A stretch of DNA of 64,000 nucleotides from an uncultured bacterium (lineage in GTDB: Bacteria > Krumholzibacteriota > Krumholzibacteriia > Krumholzibacteriales > CAZTHK01): positions 61,297-125,296 of the forward strand of contig CAZTHK010000011.1 in the NCBI GenBank assembly GCA_964613215.1, in the 5' to 3' direction. Below, piece by piece: positions 9,623-21,517 of the stretch. The translations under genes and the position numbers were made by a program. The notes beneath the pieces are model-generated. The model saw only the letters and a list, made by a program, of their open reading frames with translations. It did not search any database and was not told the DNA's origin. The number at the start of each line of letters is the position of its first letter. Position 1 is the stretch's first letter.

Positions 9623-9952
9623 TAAACGCTTTCATCTTGCTACAGCGGCAGCCGGGTGTCAAGCAGATACGGATAGTCTTCGAGCAGATCAGCAGTCTTC
9701 AAGTATATAATATTTTAGGAGAGGCAGGCAGGTGGCCGAACCTGAATAATTCATAAATATCGCAGCTCTATCCGCCAACTGAATGTTAATTGATAGCTTA
9801 TCAATTATGCCCTATTGAATATTGGTTGTCTTATCACATTAAAAAATCAGAATCCCGGCTGGCAAATTATCATACCCTTTCCCCCGCTACGGAAGGGCAA
9901 ATTTGTGAGTAGCCGGATGAAAAAGGCGGTGTTTGAGTTACCGGCAAAATAT

Positions 9953-10801
9953 TTATTCCCGGTAATCATATTCTATATCGAATATCTCCCCCCTCCAGTA
10001 GGGATAGGGCCCGCTTTCCAGATGCCACTCCACCTCTCCCCGGGATGGTACCAGCCAGCCATCCGCCTCCATGTAATCTGAGAAACTTCCCTTCCAGGGG
10101 ATCTCCCTGTACCGTTCATTTGCTTTATAGTAGCGTCGGGGAGTAAAAATCGAGACCGCCTCTCCCTCACCGTTGAACTCGAACTCCAGGGATACTGTTA
10201 TCCCCGAATCCGACAGAGTGGCCTTAGCCCTGTTTTCATCCACCGGCTCCCAGGATACTCCCTGAGAGGGGAGCAAAGCGGTAGGGAACCAGACCGCCTC
10301 GGCAAGATATCTCTGCAGGGCTCCCTGACTCAGCTTGAGGTCACCACTCTCGTTGACCACCGGAATCAGATACAGTATCCTCCCTATCATTCCCCCCCTT
10401 CCCCTGATGTACGAATCGCAGACATTTACCGGCACTCCCGGCATCATTGATATTTCCGCACTCCATACGAAGCCGCGAGGCTGCACCGAGAAACGTTGAT
10501 CCGCCTTCATGGCCAGCCAGCCCTTCATCCCCGGGCGGGACCTGAACCCGCCCCTCTGGGATAGAACCGCCCCCGATATTACCGGCCTGCCATCCTGCAG
10601 AACATGCCGGAAGTAGCGTTTCACCGGAGCGGGGAGGTTCTCGATACCGGACAGGTCCACCCTTTCCCCCGGACCATCCGCCCCGGTGGCAACCTCACGG
10701 GAGAGGGCGGATACATACTGTGACCATTTCCGCCGGCCAAATAAAAACGCCAGTGTGAATACAACTGCTACAACAATTATTATAAACACAATACGAATCA
10801 T
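9953..10801 (-). CDS. hypothetical membrane-anchored protein with one N-terminal TM helix
   Basis: 282-aa ORF. The N-terminus MIRIVFIIIVVAVVFTLAFLFG forms a TM helix followed by a soluble domain. No confident family assignment. Confidence 0.5.
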   Translation of the reverse strand: MIRIVFIIIVVAVVFTLAFLFGRRKWSQYVSALSREVATGADGPGERVDLSGIENLPAPVKRYFRHVLQDGRPVISGAVLSQRGGFRSRPGMKGWLAMKADQRFSVQPRGFVWSAEISMMPGVPVNVCDSYIRGRGGMIGRILYLIPVVNESGDLKLSQGALQRYLAEAVWFPTALLPSQGVSWEPVDENRAKATLSDSGITVSLEFEFNGEGEAVSIFTPRRYYKANERYREIPWKGSFSDYMEADGWLVPSRGEVEWHLESGPYPYWRGEIFDIEYDYRE

Positions 10802-11268
10802 GCCTGTATTATAATAATATTTATCTTATAATAACCAGCTTTCTCCTCAAGCTGTTTTTCCCTGCGGTAAGTCTTTCCCCCCCTCGCAACTGTTGTCGCT
10901 ATATGAAAAAACGAGCTCACCGCTGCCTGAATCAAGCCTGCCGATTTCCTCAGAACTTCCGATGAGTCCGGAGGCACGGGCTATATGAAATGTAATTTCA
11001 GGACTAACCTCCGAAATGGTCCACCGCAGTGTAATGCCGCCGCTGGACCCCTCCTCCCGGTGCACGGCCAGAGGGGTGGCAACCTTCTGCCTGCCATCAA
11101 AATTCACACTGTTAGATATCCGTATCAGCTCCCCTGTCATCCTCCTGGACCACTTGGTTAAAAAAATTTAACTATTCCTCTTGCCTCCCGGACCGGATAT
11201 GATTAGTTTAACTGGTTTTGAAATCCTGCAAGGGCTAGAATTTATTAAATTGTCATGGAGATGCGATA

Positions 11269-13413
11269 ATGAAGGTAGCCATAATATACAACCAGGACGT
11301 GTCCGGGGTGATAAACCGCTTCGGCATGCAGAACAAGGAAATCTATAATCCCAACACGGTAAAGATGGTGGCGGAGGCTCTGGAGAAGGGGGGACACAAT
11401 GTAAAGATAATCGACGGCAACATGCATATTATCGAAAACCTTACCGACTTCATGCCCAGGGTGGTGGAGGGAGAGAAGATGGGTATGGTATTCAACATGG
11501 CATACGGGATTCAGGGGGAGAGCAGGTATACCCACCTTCCCGCCATGCTGGAGATGATGGGGATACCCTATGTGGGGTCCGGCCCCACCGGCCATGCCAT
11601 GGCCCTGGACAAGGTAATCACCAAGATCCTGCTTCAGAAGCACAACATCCCCACTCCGGACTTCCGGGTCTTCTCCGGACCCGATGAGGATATCAGCGGG
11701 GTTGAATTTCCGGTTATAGTAAAACCCAAGATGGAGGCGGTCTCCTATGGCATGAAAGTGGTACATAACCAGGAGGATCTGAGGGAAGCGATAGGGCACA
11801 TTGTGGAGGAGTTTCAACAGCAGGCCCTGGTGGAACAGTTTGTCCGGGGGAGGGAATTCTGCGTGGGCCTTCTGGGCAACCATGACCTGCAGGCCTTTCC
11901 CATAGTGGAGATTGATCTGGGCAATGACCCGGATGCCATCCAGAGTGTGGATGACAAGAAGAGCAATCCCAGAAGAAAGATATGTCCCGCCGACCTTAGC
12001 CCGGAAGCGGCCGGATGGATGGTGGAAGCCAGCAGGAAATGCTTCCATGCCCTGGAGATGAAGGACTTCGCCAGGGTAGACCTCCGGATGGATGGTGAAG
12101 GCAATATATACGTGCTGGAGATAAACTCCATGGCCAGCCTGGGCAAGACCGGCTCATATGTATACGCAGCCGGGGAGACGGGACTCGATTATAACGGGCT
12201 GGTCAACTCCATGCTGGATGTGGCGTCGGTACGCTACTTCTCGCGTCATCTGGCCGAAGAGGAGGATTCGGGATCAAGATCCACCTATGTCCGCATTCGA
12301 ACCTTTCTCAGCGGGAGGCAGGGCAGAACCGAAAAGATGCTGGAGAAGATGGTCAACATCAACACCCACACCAGGAATGTGGAGGGGGTCAACAAACTTG
12401 GCAGCATGGTGGCAAGCCGGCTGGCCAGGCTGGGATTCAGCCAGCAGGTATTCCCCAGGGTTGAAACGGGGAACATCCTGTTTTTCAGCAATACCAGGGA
12501 TAAACATTACCATGTGCTGCTGCTCAGCCACCTGGATTCCTCCATCCCCTTCAGAAAACAGCGAAGCTGCCGTATCGCCCAGCACAGGATACACGGAACC
12601 GATGTGTGGGAATACAAGGGAGGGCTGGCAGTTATGATATCCGCACTACAGGCACTCCGGTTTGTCCGGAAGCTGCCCAGGATCAAGATCGGGATTTTAC
12701 TTGCTGCCGACAGCCAGCTGGGGGGAAGGGGAGCAGAGGAATATATCCGCAGGTTTTCCCGGAGAGCTGGGGCGGTGATCGGCCTGAAGGGCGGAGGGCT
12801 GAAAGGCACCGCGGTTACCTCCCGTTCTGGTGCGGCCCGCTACTCCTGCCAGATGAACCTGGAGGACGGGGTGAATGCGGATGATGTAGCCCGGTCGGTG
12901 GGCAAATTCTCCAGGATACTGAACAGATGGGCTAAACTTACCGACGAATCCACCGGGGTAATTGTAACCCCCTGTGATGTTGAGATTAACGCAAATGTTT
13001 CCGACCGGATAGCCCACGGGGAGGCAATCCTCAGTGTCCGGTTCAACGATCCCGGCCTTATAACCGGTATAGACCGAAAGATCAGGAAAATGGTCCAGAA
13101 GGCCAACCGGGCGAAATTCCGCCTCCAGATAGAAGGAGGATTGAAAAGACCGCCCCTGATAAAGAACGAACCCGGCGACCGGTTATGGGAAAAGATAAAG
13201 TCCATAGCCGGCAAAAGGGATATCAGGCTGCTGGAGGAGCATCGCTGGAGTTCAGCGGATATCTGTTTCGTTCAGGAGGCCCGGGGGGTAATCGATGGAA
13301 TGGGGCCGGTCGGAGCGGAACACAAGGAGGGTGGCGAGTATATTCTCGCCCACAGCCTGATAGAACGGGCCACCCTGCTGGCACTTTCCCTTTGTGAACT
13401 GAGCAGGGAGTGA
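11269..13413 (+). CDS. fusion protein: D-alanine--D-alanine ligase-like ATP-grasp domain (N-terminal) plus M20 (ArgE/DapE-like) metallopeptidase/deacylase domain (C-terminal)
   Basis: Residues 1-~320 are Ddl-like (GESRYTHLPAMLEMMGIPYVGSGPTGHAMALDKVITK ... YVLEINSMASLGKTGSY). Residues ~400-714 carry M20 motifs HLD, GTDVWEYKGG and the C-terminal GMGPVGAEHKEGGEYIL, which fits the AH...EY motif. A GGAGA-type RBS precedes the ATG. Confidence 0.75.
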   Translation: MKVAIIYNQDVSGVINRFGMQNKEIYNPNTVKMVAEALEKGGHNVKIIDGNMHIIENLTDFMPRVVEGEKMGMVFNMAYGIQGESRYTHLPAMLEMMGIPYVGSGPTGHAMALDKVITKILLQKHNIPTPDFRVFSGPDEDISGVEFPVIVKPKMEAVSYGMKVVHNQEDLREAIGHIVEEFQQQALVEQFVRGREFCVGLLGNHDLQAFPIVEIDLGNDPDAIQSVDDKKSNPRRKICPADLSPEAAGWMVEASRKCFHALEMKDFARVDLRMDGEGNIYVLEINSMASLGKTGSYVYAAGETGLDYNGLVNSMLDVASVRYFSRHLAEEEDSGSRSTYVRIRTFLSGRQGRTEKMLEKMVNINTHTRNVEGVNKLGSMVASRLARLGFSQQVFPRVETGNILFFSNTRDKHYHVLLLSHLDSSIPFRKQRSCRIAQHRIHGTDVWEYKGGLAVMISALQALRFVRKLPRIKIGILLAADSQLGGRGAEEYIRRFSRRAGAVIGLKGGGLKGTAVTSRSGAARYSCQMNLEDGVNADDVARSVGKFSRILNRWAKLTDESTGVIVTPCDVEINANVSDRIAHGEAILSVRFNDPGLITGIDRKIRKMVQKANRAKFRLQIEGGLKRPPLIKNEPGDRLWEKIKSIAGKRDIRLLEEHRWSSADICFVQEARGVIDGMGPVGAEHKEGGEYILAHSLIERATLLALSLCELSRE

Positions 13414-15095
13414 GCTCTATGGATAACCGGAAAATCGAATCGGCTCTTAAACCGGATCATTCGGGTAAGACAGCCCGGGCTGCCGGTGGAATGGTCTCCA
13501 CCGCCTTTCCACTGGCCACCGGGGCGGGGGTGGAGATTCTGCGCCGGGGCGGAAACAGCATCGACGCAGCCTGTGCGGCAGCACTGGCACTGGCTGTCTG
13601 CGAACCCCAGTCCAGCGGTCTGGGAGGACAGACCATGATGCTGATCGGCAGAAGGAACAAAGTCATCACCATAGACGGCTCCTCCCGGGCACCCTCCCTA
13701 ACCCATGTGGGAGCAATCTACAAACCGGACCGCTCCAGGGGATACCGGGCTACCACAGTCCCCGCCACCCCGGCCACCCTGGGATACGTCCAGAGGAAAT
13801 ACGGCCGGCTCGAGTGGTGGCAGGTGGTGAAACCCTCCATCCGGATCGCCCGGGAGGGTTATACCGTCACTCAGCTGCAGAGCCGCCTTCTGGACAGGGA
13901 GCAGAAGAACTTCAATCTGGTGGAATCAAAATCGGGGCTGCAATATTTCTACAGGGATGGAAAACCCTACAGGCCGGGAGAAACCTTCCGGCAGCCCCAC
14001 CTGGCGGAGCTGCTGGAGACCATCGCAGAGCGGGGAGCGGAAGAATTCTACACCGGCGAGACCGCCCGCAGGATAGATGCGGATATGAGAAAGAACGGGG
14101 GGCTGCTCAGGGAGGATGACCTCGCTCTGATTCCCTGGCCCATCGAAAGAAAACCACTGAGAGGGAAGTTCCGCAGTCTCACCGTCCATACCATGCCTCC
14201 CCCCGGCTCGGGCAGAAGCCTTCTATTCTGCCTGGCCCTGCTGGACCGGCTGTCTCCCCAGGACCTTGCCGGAGATCCCCTGAGGCGGGCCCACCTGCTG
14301 GCAGAGATATTCCGCAATGTCCTGCTGGAGCGTTCGGACAGGCCCTTCGACGCCAACTTCTATCCCCAGGTCAGCGAGAAGGATATGCTCAGCAGTGATT
14401 TCACCGGCAAAACCATAGAAAAGATAATCTCTGCCACGGCTCCCACCCTGCCCATCAAGGAGACCGAGGATGAAAAGAGCGGGGAAACCACCCACCTCTC
14501 GGTAATGGACAGCAGCGGTACCGCGGTAAGCCTGACCCAGTCCATAGAAAGGGTATATGGCAGCAAAGCCGCAGCGGACGGCCTGGGTTTCCTCTACAAC
14601 AACTACATGATGTCCTTTGAATACAATGTGCCCTCCCATCCCTACTACCTCCGGCCAAATGCAGTGCCCTGGGCCACAGTGGCCCCCAGTATCATCTTCG
14701 ACGGGGAGGGTCCATGGATGGCCCTGGGAAGCCCGGGGAGCGAACGGATCATATCCACCCTGGCCCAGTTCCTGATCAATCTGATAGACGAAGGAATGAG
14801 CCTGGAAGAGGCCATGCTCAGACCCAGGCTGCACTGCTCCCTGGGAGGGAGGGTGAGCCTGGAGGCGGAACGATTTTTCCCCGGACTGTCGGAATCACTG
14901 GAGGAGAAGGGTTACCGGATCAACCCCCGAGAAGCATTCTCCTTCTATATGGGGGCAATACACGCGGTAATGAAATGCCGGAGTGATGATGGCTTTCAGG
15001 GGGTAGCGGAGGAGAGAAGGGATGGAACCGCCGGGGGGTTATCGGCAGGGGAAAATCAGGCCGGGGGCGAGGAAAAACCCGGTGATAAAGAGTAG
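13410..15095 (+). CDS. ggt: gamma-glutamyltranspeptidase (Ntn-hydrolase)
   Basis: GGMVSTAFPLATGAGVEIL... and the catalytic-Thr region ETTHLSVMDSSGTAVSLTQSIE. A GTG start overlaps the stop of the preceding gene by 4 nt, indicating translational coupling. Confidence 0.85.
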   Translation: MSSMDNRKIESALKPDHSGKTARAAGGMVSTAFPLATGAGVEILRRGGNSIDAACAAALALAVCEPQSSGLGGQTMMLIGRRNKVITIDGSSRAPSLTHVGAIYKPDRSRGYRATTVPATPATLGYVQRKYGRLEWWQVVKPSIRIAREGYTVTQLQSRLLDREQKNFNLVESKSGLQYFYRDGKPYRPGETFRQPHLAELLETIAERGAEEFYTGETARRIDADMRKNGGLLREDDLALIPWPIERKPLRGKFRSLTVHTMPPPGSGRSLLFCLALLDRLSPQDLAGDPLRRAHLLAEIFRNVLLERSDRPFDANFYPQVSEKDMLSSDFTGKTIEKIISATAPTLPIKETEDEKSGETTHLSVMDSSGTAVSLTQSIERVYGSKAAADGLGFLYNNYMMSFEYNVPSHPYYLRPNAVPWATVAPSIIFDGEGPWMALGSPGSERIISTLAQFLINLIDEGMSLEEAMLRPRLHCSLGGRVSLEAERFFPGLSESLEEKGYRINPREAFSFYMGAIHAVMKCRSDDGFQGVAEERRDGTAGGLSAGENQAGGEEKPGDKE

Positions 15096-15277
15096 ACTGA
15101 ATCAAGTTACAACCGGCAGCCGATGGATAAAGGGGAAGTCAGTTTTGCTCCCTGGAATGGCAGATGGATATTTATCCGGGGGAGCATATTCGGATAAGCT
15201 GACCGGAGCAGAAACATTTTCAGGCAGCTTAATCAGTACCATCTTTTAATGCCATTATTTCTATTATTATGCTATAA

Positions 15278-15757
15278 ATGAGCGGTGGTGATAAAACAAT
15301 GAACCAGCAGGAAAATATACCCCGGGGCGTTACCATCAGGCAAATGCGGATGGATGATTATCCCTCCCTGATTAAACTATGGGAGAAGGCGGGGCTTCCC
15401 TACAAGCCGGAAGGAAGGGACAGGAGGGAGAATATCGAGAAGGAGCTTGAAGGCGAAGCTTCCCTGTTTCTGGTAGCAGAGAAGGAGGGGAGAATAATCG
15501 GTTCGGTTCTGGGCACCCACGACGGGAGAAAGGGCTGGATCAACCGCCTGGCGGTAGCACCGGATTCGCGCCGTAAGGGTGTGGGAAGAGCCCTGGTAGC
15601 AGAGGTGGAGCTGCAACTCTCACGTATGGGAATAGCAATAGTGGCTTGCCTTGTAGAAGACTGGAACGAGGATTCCATCCGGGTATTCAGGAGACTGGGG
15701 TATACCAGCCATCCCGATATTACCTATTTCTCCAAGAGGAAGCATCCGGGGGTGTAG
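15278..15757 (+). CDS. GNAT-family N-acetyltransferase
   Basis: 159 aa with the acetyl-CoA-binding motif RRKGVGRALVAEVE and GNAT topology. An alternative start lies at 15299. Confidence 0.8.
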   Translation: MSGGDKTMNQQENIPRGVTIRQMRMDDYPSLIKLWEKAGLPYKPEGRDRRENIEKELEGEASLFLVAEKEGRIIGSVLGTHDGRKGWINRLAVAPDSRRKGVGRALVAEVELQLSRMGIAIVACLVEDWNEDSIRVFRRLGYTSHPDITYFSKRKHPGV

Positions 15758-16130
15758 AATTATTCATACCTCCCATCATCACCACCTTTTACACTTATCC
15801 ATACTCCGGAGAATCTCCCGGATACAAATAGCAATTACAGTGCTTCTTAAACATTCTCTGGAAATACATCTTAATCTTCTTCATCTGAAGCCGGGCAATA
15901 ATGGTCGAGACAGACCGGACACAGAGTTTGGCTTATAACCGGCTGCCGGCCTCAACCCCGCCATTCTTGGATTATCAAGGGGAGGCCAGGGCTGGTATTA
16001 GTTATCATAATTGAGAACCAATTTGCCGGATCCGAATAAAGATCTGAGATTTTCCACAGATCCTTTACCACTTGACCGGCGGGAAAAATTGGGTATACCA
16101 TGGTCGAAAATCAAGTTGTCTCAATAGAAG

Positions 16131-17714
16131 GTGATAGATATGAAGATAAGTACGGTTGAACAGATGAGAGAGCTGGACAGCGCTGCTATCAGCGATTACG
16201 GGATCGCCCAGGAGCTCCTTATGGAGAACGCCGGGCTGGCCACATTCTTTGTGATAATGGATCAGACAGGAGTGGAGGGAAAGAATTTCGTTATCTTCTG
16301 CGGCCCGGGGAATAACGGCGGGGACGGCCTGGTGGTGGCCAGAAAGGTACATTCACAGGGGGGCCATGCCACCGTCTTTCTTATGACCGGCCAGGAGAAA
16401 TTCAAGGGGGCGGCAAAACAGAATTTCGAGATTGCCTCACGGATGGACCTGGATATCCGTAGTGCGGATGAGAGGGATATGGTGGATGCCTCCCTTGAGC
16501 AGTGCCATGTAGTAGTGGATGCCATATTCGGCACCGGTATCACCAGGGATGTGGAGGGTAGATATAAAGACATAATAGAGCTTATAAACGGAAGCGGCAA
16601 AACCGTGGCGAGTGTGGATATCCCCTCCGGAATAAGCGGGGATAACGGCAGGGTGATGGGGACTGCGGTCAGGGCGGACTTCACTGTAACCTGCGGTCTT
16701 CCCAAGACAGGAAACATCCTCTATCCCGGCTATCAGCGGTGCGGCAGGCTGTATGTTACCCATATCTCTTTTCCCCCGGAACTGTACAACCGGGAGGAGA
16801 TAATGACGGAGACCACCCGTCCATCCATCCTTCCGGAGAGAAAAAGGGATGGGCACAAGGGGACCTTCGGCCAGGTGCTGTTCATAGCCGGTGCCGCCGG
16901 CTACTACGGAGCCCCTCACTACTCCGCCCTCTCCTTTCTCAAAGCGGGAGGAGGATACTCCCGGCTGGCCACTCCCCGCTCGGTGGCTCCATACATAGCC
17001 ACCGGCGGCAAGGAGATCGTATTCATTCCCCTGGAAGAGACCGCAGAGGGAAGCATCTCCGCCGGTAACATGGAGAACATCCTGGATATGGCCAACCGCA
17101 TGGATATGGTGGTTATCGGCCCGGGGCTCTCCCTGCAGGAGGAAACCGGGGAACTGGTCAGGAAGCTGGCGGAGAAGATAGAACCGCCTCTGCTGATCGA
17201 CGGGGACGGAATCACTGCTGTTTCAAAAGACATGGCTGTGGTCCGCTCCAGAAAGAGCCCCACTGTACTCACCCCCCACCCCGGGGAGATGTCCAGGATA
17301 ACTTCCAGAAACATCTCAGAGATACTGGAAGACAGAATCTCCATTCTCAGGGATACCTGCCGGGACCTTGATTCCATTGTTGTTCTGAAAGGGGCCCGTT
17401 CCCTTACCGGTACACCGGACGGAAAGGTGAGAATCAATATGTCCGGCAACCCGGGTATGGGCACAGCCGGCTCGGGGGATGTGCTGACCGGCTCCATCAC
17501 AGCCATGTACGGGCTGGGACTGCCCCTGGAAGAGGCGGTCACCACCGGGGTGTTCCTGCACGGACTGGCCGGCGACCTGGCTGCAGAAGAGAAGGGGGAG
17601 GATGGAATCACCGCCGGGGATATCATGAATTGCCTGCCCGCTGCAGTCAGGAAGTTCAGGGACCATCCGGACAGAATTATAGAGAACTGCTATCACAACA
17701 TCTTCACGGTATAA
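16131..17714 (+). CDS. nnr: bifunctional NAD(P)H-hydrate epimerase / ADP-dependent dehydratase (YjeF N- and C-terminal domains)
   Basis: N-terminal CGPGNNGGDGLVVAR is the YjeF-N signature. The C-terminal carbohydrate-kinase-like part has GPGLS...GSGDVLTG. Confidence 0.9.
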   Translation: MIDMKISTVEQMRELDSAAISDYGIAQELLMENAGLATFFVIMDQTGVEGKNFVIFCGPGNNGGDGLVVARKVHSQGGHATVFLMTGQEKFKGAAKQNFEIASRMDLDIRSADERDMVDASLEQCHVVVDAIFGTGITRDVEGRYKDIIELINGSGKTVASVDIPSGISGDNGRVMGTAVRADFTVTCGLPKTGNILYPGYQRCGRLYVTHISFPPELYNREEIMTETTRPSILPERKRDGHKGTFGQVLFIAGAAGYYGAPHYSALSFLKAGGGYSRLATPRSVAPYIATGGKEIVFIPLEETAEGSISAGNMENILDMANRMDMVVIGPGLSLQEETGELVRKLAEKIEPPLLIDGDGITAVSKDMAVVRSRKSPTVLTPHPGEMSRITSRNISEILEDRISILRDTCRDLDSIVVLKGARSLTGTPDGKVRINMSGNPGMGTAGSGDVLTGSITAMYGLGLPLEEAVTTGVFLHGLAGDLAAEEKGEDGITAGDIMNCLPAAVRKFRDHPDRIIENCYHNIFTV

Positions 17715-18200
17715 CATATCAGCAATCACCGGATCAGAGCACAACATCGAATAAGCCGGAAGGGAGGGTGCAGTACGGGCTGAAAACTCAGCCGTAACAC
17801 CAGCACCGGAGTTGCCGGATGAATCCGTGGTTCTCAATCCCCCCGGCAGGCCGGCGGAACCTGCCCTCTCACAGACAGTGGTGGGGTGAAGGCTTGTACC
17901 GGCCCCGGTGGATATGTCACTGATCCGGATCGAAGGCTACTCCCGGAACCTGTGGGGCAGGGATATCATAACCCTTGATAATGTGAAACCCGGTGCAATC
18001 GGGGGGGAGTTTCTTAAAACTGCTCCCCGCACAGGAATAGAGGTGGATACCGGGATATTCCTGTTGGAACGGCTTCAGGGGGCAATTATAATGCTCGAAC
18101 AGGGAGAGATAGAAGAACCCAGCGCAGTGGTGAAGATATCTTGAAACATAGTCCGGCCCATAACGTATAATTCAAGTAGTAACAGAAACGGGGGTCAGCG

Positions 18201-18464
18201 ATGAAGACACTATTTATTCTCTTTTTACTGGCCGCTCTGTCATTTTTTATTTTCGGGGGCGGCTTTCTGAAGATGATGGGGGCAATCTTCTGCGGGCTTA
18301 TGGGGGTAATGATAGGGGTAGCGGGTGGAATAATCGGAGCATTGACAGGCATATTCGGCAGTCTCCTGGGGATATTCGCCCTGGGAATCATAGTACCACT
18401 GATCATTCTGGCCGTTCTGCTGGGCGGCATTATATTTTTTATCAAAGCCCTCTGCGGTGTTTGA
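18201..18464 (+). CDS. small glycine-zipper membrane protein (hypothetical)
   Basis: 87-aa ORF that is almost entirely G/I/L/A with repeated GxxxG motifs. A GGGGG RBS precedes it and a terminator hairpin follows. Confidence 0.4.
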   Translation: MKTLFILFLLAALSFFIFGGGFLKMMGAIFCGLMGVMIGVAGGIIGALTGIFGSLLGIFALGIIVPLIILAVLLGGIIFFIKALCGV

Positions 18465-18494
18465 CCCATCATCTTCAACAGTACTCACATCTAA

Positions 18495-18530
18495 TAAAAA
18501 AGGTCCCCCCGCTTGCGGGAGGACCCCTTT
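18495..18530. terminator. rho-independent terminator, strong for the minus-strand gdhA and weaker for the plus strand
   Basis: aaaaaaGGTCCCCCCGcttgCGGGAGGACCccttt forms a 9-10 bp GC stem, with a T-run on the minus strand. Confidence 0.7.
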
Positions 18531-18551
18531 CGAACTTATATCACCAGGTGT

Positions 18552-20081
<1,530 letters not shown>

Positions 20082-20327
20082 TTATCCCGTTAAACCTCTC
20101 TGCTAAATGATCCACCCTCTAAGGGAAAATGGAAATATCCGGCCGGGACAGCTGCTTCTACTTCATTATCAATACATTGACGCACTGGTTTTTTTATTAT
20201 TACTAACTACCCCATCCGATTCGAGTTCATGGCAATAAAAATAGTTGAAAAATCAGTATAAAGGTTATATTAATTAAAAGTTACGAGAACTCTATTATAC
20301 AGTCACTTTTCAAGAAGAGGTGAATTC

Positions 20328-21443
20328 ATGATTATCGGCGTACCCAGGGAGATAAAAGACAACGAATACCGGGTTGCTCTGCTTCCGGTCGGAGCTGAGA
20401 TGTTCATCAGGAACGGACACAAGGTGCTGGTCCAGAAGGGCGCCGGGGAGGGAAGTGGTATCTCCGACACGGAATACCGCAGTGCCGGAGCCAGGATAAT
20501 ATCCAGGGCCAGAGATGTTTTCAGCAAATCCGATATGATCATTAAGGTCAAAGAACCTCAGCCCAACGAAATCAAGAATATCAAAAAAGACCAGATAGTA
20601 TTCACTTATTTCCATTTTGCCGCAAGCCGGAAGCTTACCAACGGGATGAAGCGCTCGGGAGCCATAAGTATAGCCTACGAGACCATGGAGCTGGAAGACG
20701 GGGCCCTTCCCCTGCTCACCCCCATGAGTGAAGTGGCCGGACGTATGGCAGTTCAGGAAGGAGCCAAATATCTGGAGCGTCCCATGAAGGGAAGGGGTAT
20801 CCTGCTGGGTGGTGTTCCCGGCGTGGAACCTGCTCATGTGGTTATAATCGGCGGCGGTATCGTGGGAACAAACGCTGCCAAGATGGCTGCCGGGCTGGGA
20901 GCCAGAGTAATCCTGCTGGATATAGATCTGGACCGGCTGAGATACCTCAGCGATGTACTCCCTCCCAACGTAACCCTTATGATGTCCAATCCTGAGAATA
21001 TCAGGCAGCATGTGGCAATAGCCGACCTTCTTATCGGAGCGGTGCTGATAAGCGGGGCCAAGGCCCCCCGTCTGGTCACCAAAAAGATGGTCAGGAAAAT
21101 GAAGAATGGTTCAGTGGTAGTGGATGTGGCGGTGGACCAGGGCGGCTGTATCGAAACAATCAAGCCCACCACTCATACCAGTCCCATCTACAGACTTTAC
21201 GATGTTATTCATTACGGAGTGGCAAATATGCCCGGTGCAGTAGCCAGAACCTCCACCTACGCTCTGACCAACGCCACCCTGCCCTATGCGGTAGACATAG
21301 CCAACAAGGGTTACAGGCAGGCAGCCCTGGACAACAAAACCATAAGAACCGGTATAAATATCATCGACGGAAAGATAACCAATCAGGCAGTAGCCAGTGC
21401 ATTCAGGATGAAGTATGTGCCTGTGGAGGATGTTATCTCCTGA
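20328..21443 (+). CDS. ald: alanine dehydrogenase
   Basis: 371 aa MIIGVPREIKDNEYRVALLPVG...VIIGGGIVGTNAAKMAAGLGARV, a typical Ald. Confidence 0.9.
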   Translation: MIIGVPREIKDNEYRVALLPVGAEMFIRNGHKVLVQKGAGEGSGISDTEYRSAGARIISRARDVFSKSDMIIKVKEPQPNEIKNIKKDQIVFTYFHFAASRKLTNGMKRSGAISIAYETMELEDGALPLLTPMSEVAGRMAVQEGAKYLERPMKGRGILLGGVPGVEPAHVVIIGGGIVGTNAAKMAAGLGARVILLDIDLDRLRYLSDVLPPNVTLMMSNPENIRQHVAIADLLIGAVLISGAKAPRLVTKKMVRKMKNGSVVVDVAVDQGGCIETIKPTTHTSPIYRLYDVIHYGVANMPGAVARTSTYALTNATLPYAVDIANKGYRQAALDNKTIRTGINIIDGKITNQAVASAFRMKYVPVEDVIS

Positions 21444-21517
21444 CAGGATAAATCCACCGGATCATTACAAAGCGGTATATGGTTGCAAATGCCCTGGATA
21501 ACGGCAGAGGTGCGGTA

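Noticed and set aside
10847-11140. 97-aa minus-strand ORF between the membrane-anchored hypothetical gene and the ATP-grasp fusion gene
   Set aside because: It has no recognisable domain or RBS. It sits in the divergent promoter region of the ATP-grasp operon, and the evidence is too weak for a feature call.
11245-12048. 267-aa minus-strand ORF
   Set aside because: It is fully antisense to the Ddl-like ATP-grasp domain and His-rich by complementarity. It is spurious.
14223-14834. 203-aa minus-strand ORF within ggt
   Set aside because: It is antisense to a strongly supported GGT coding region.
16919-17626. 235-aa minus-strand ORF within nnr
   Set aside because: It is an antisense shadow ORF of a high-GC gene, and nnr on the plus strand has clear motifs.
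17908-18144. 78-aa plus-strand ORF after nnr
   Set aside because: It has no recognisable motif and weak start context. It may be real, but I cannot support it from sequence alone.
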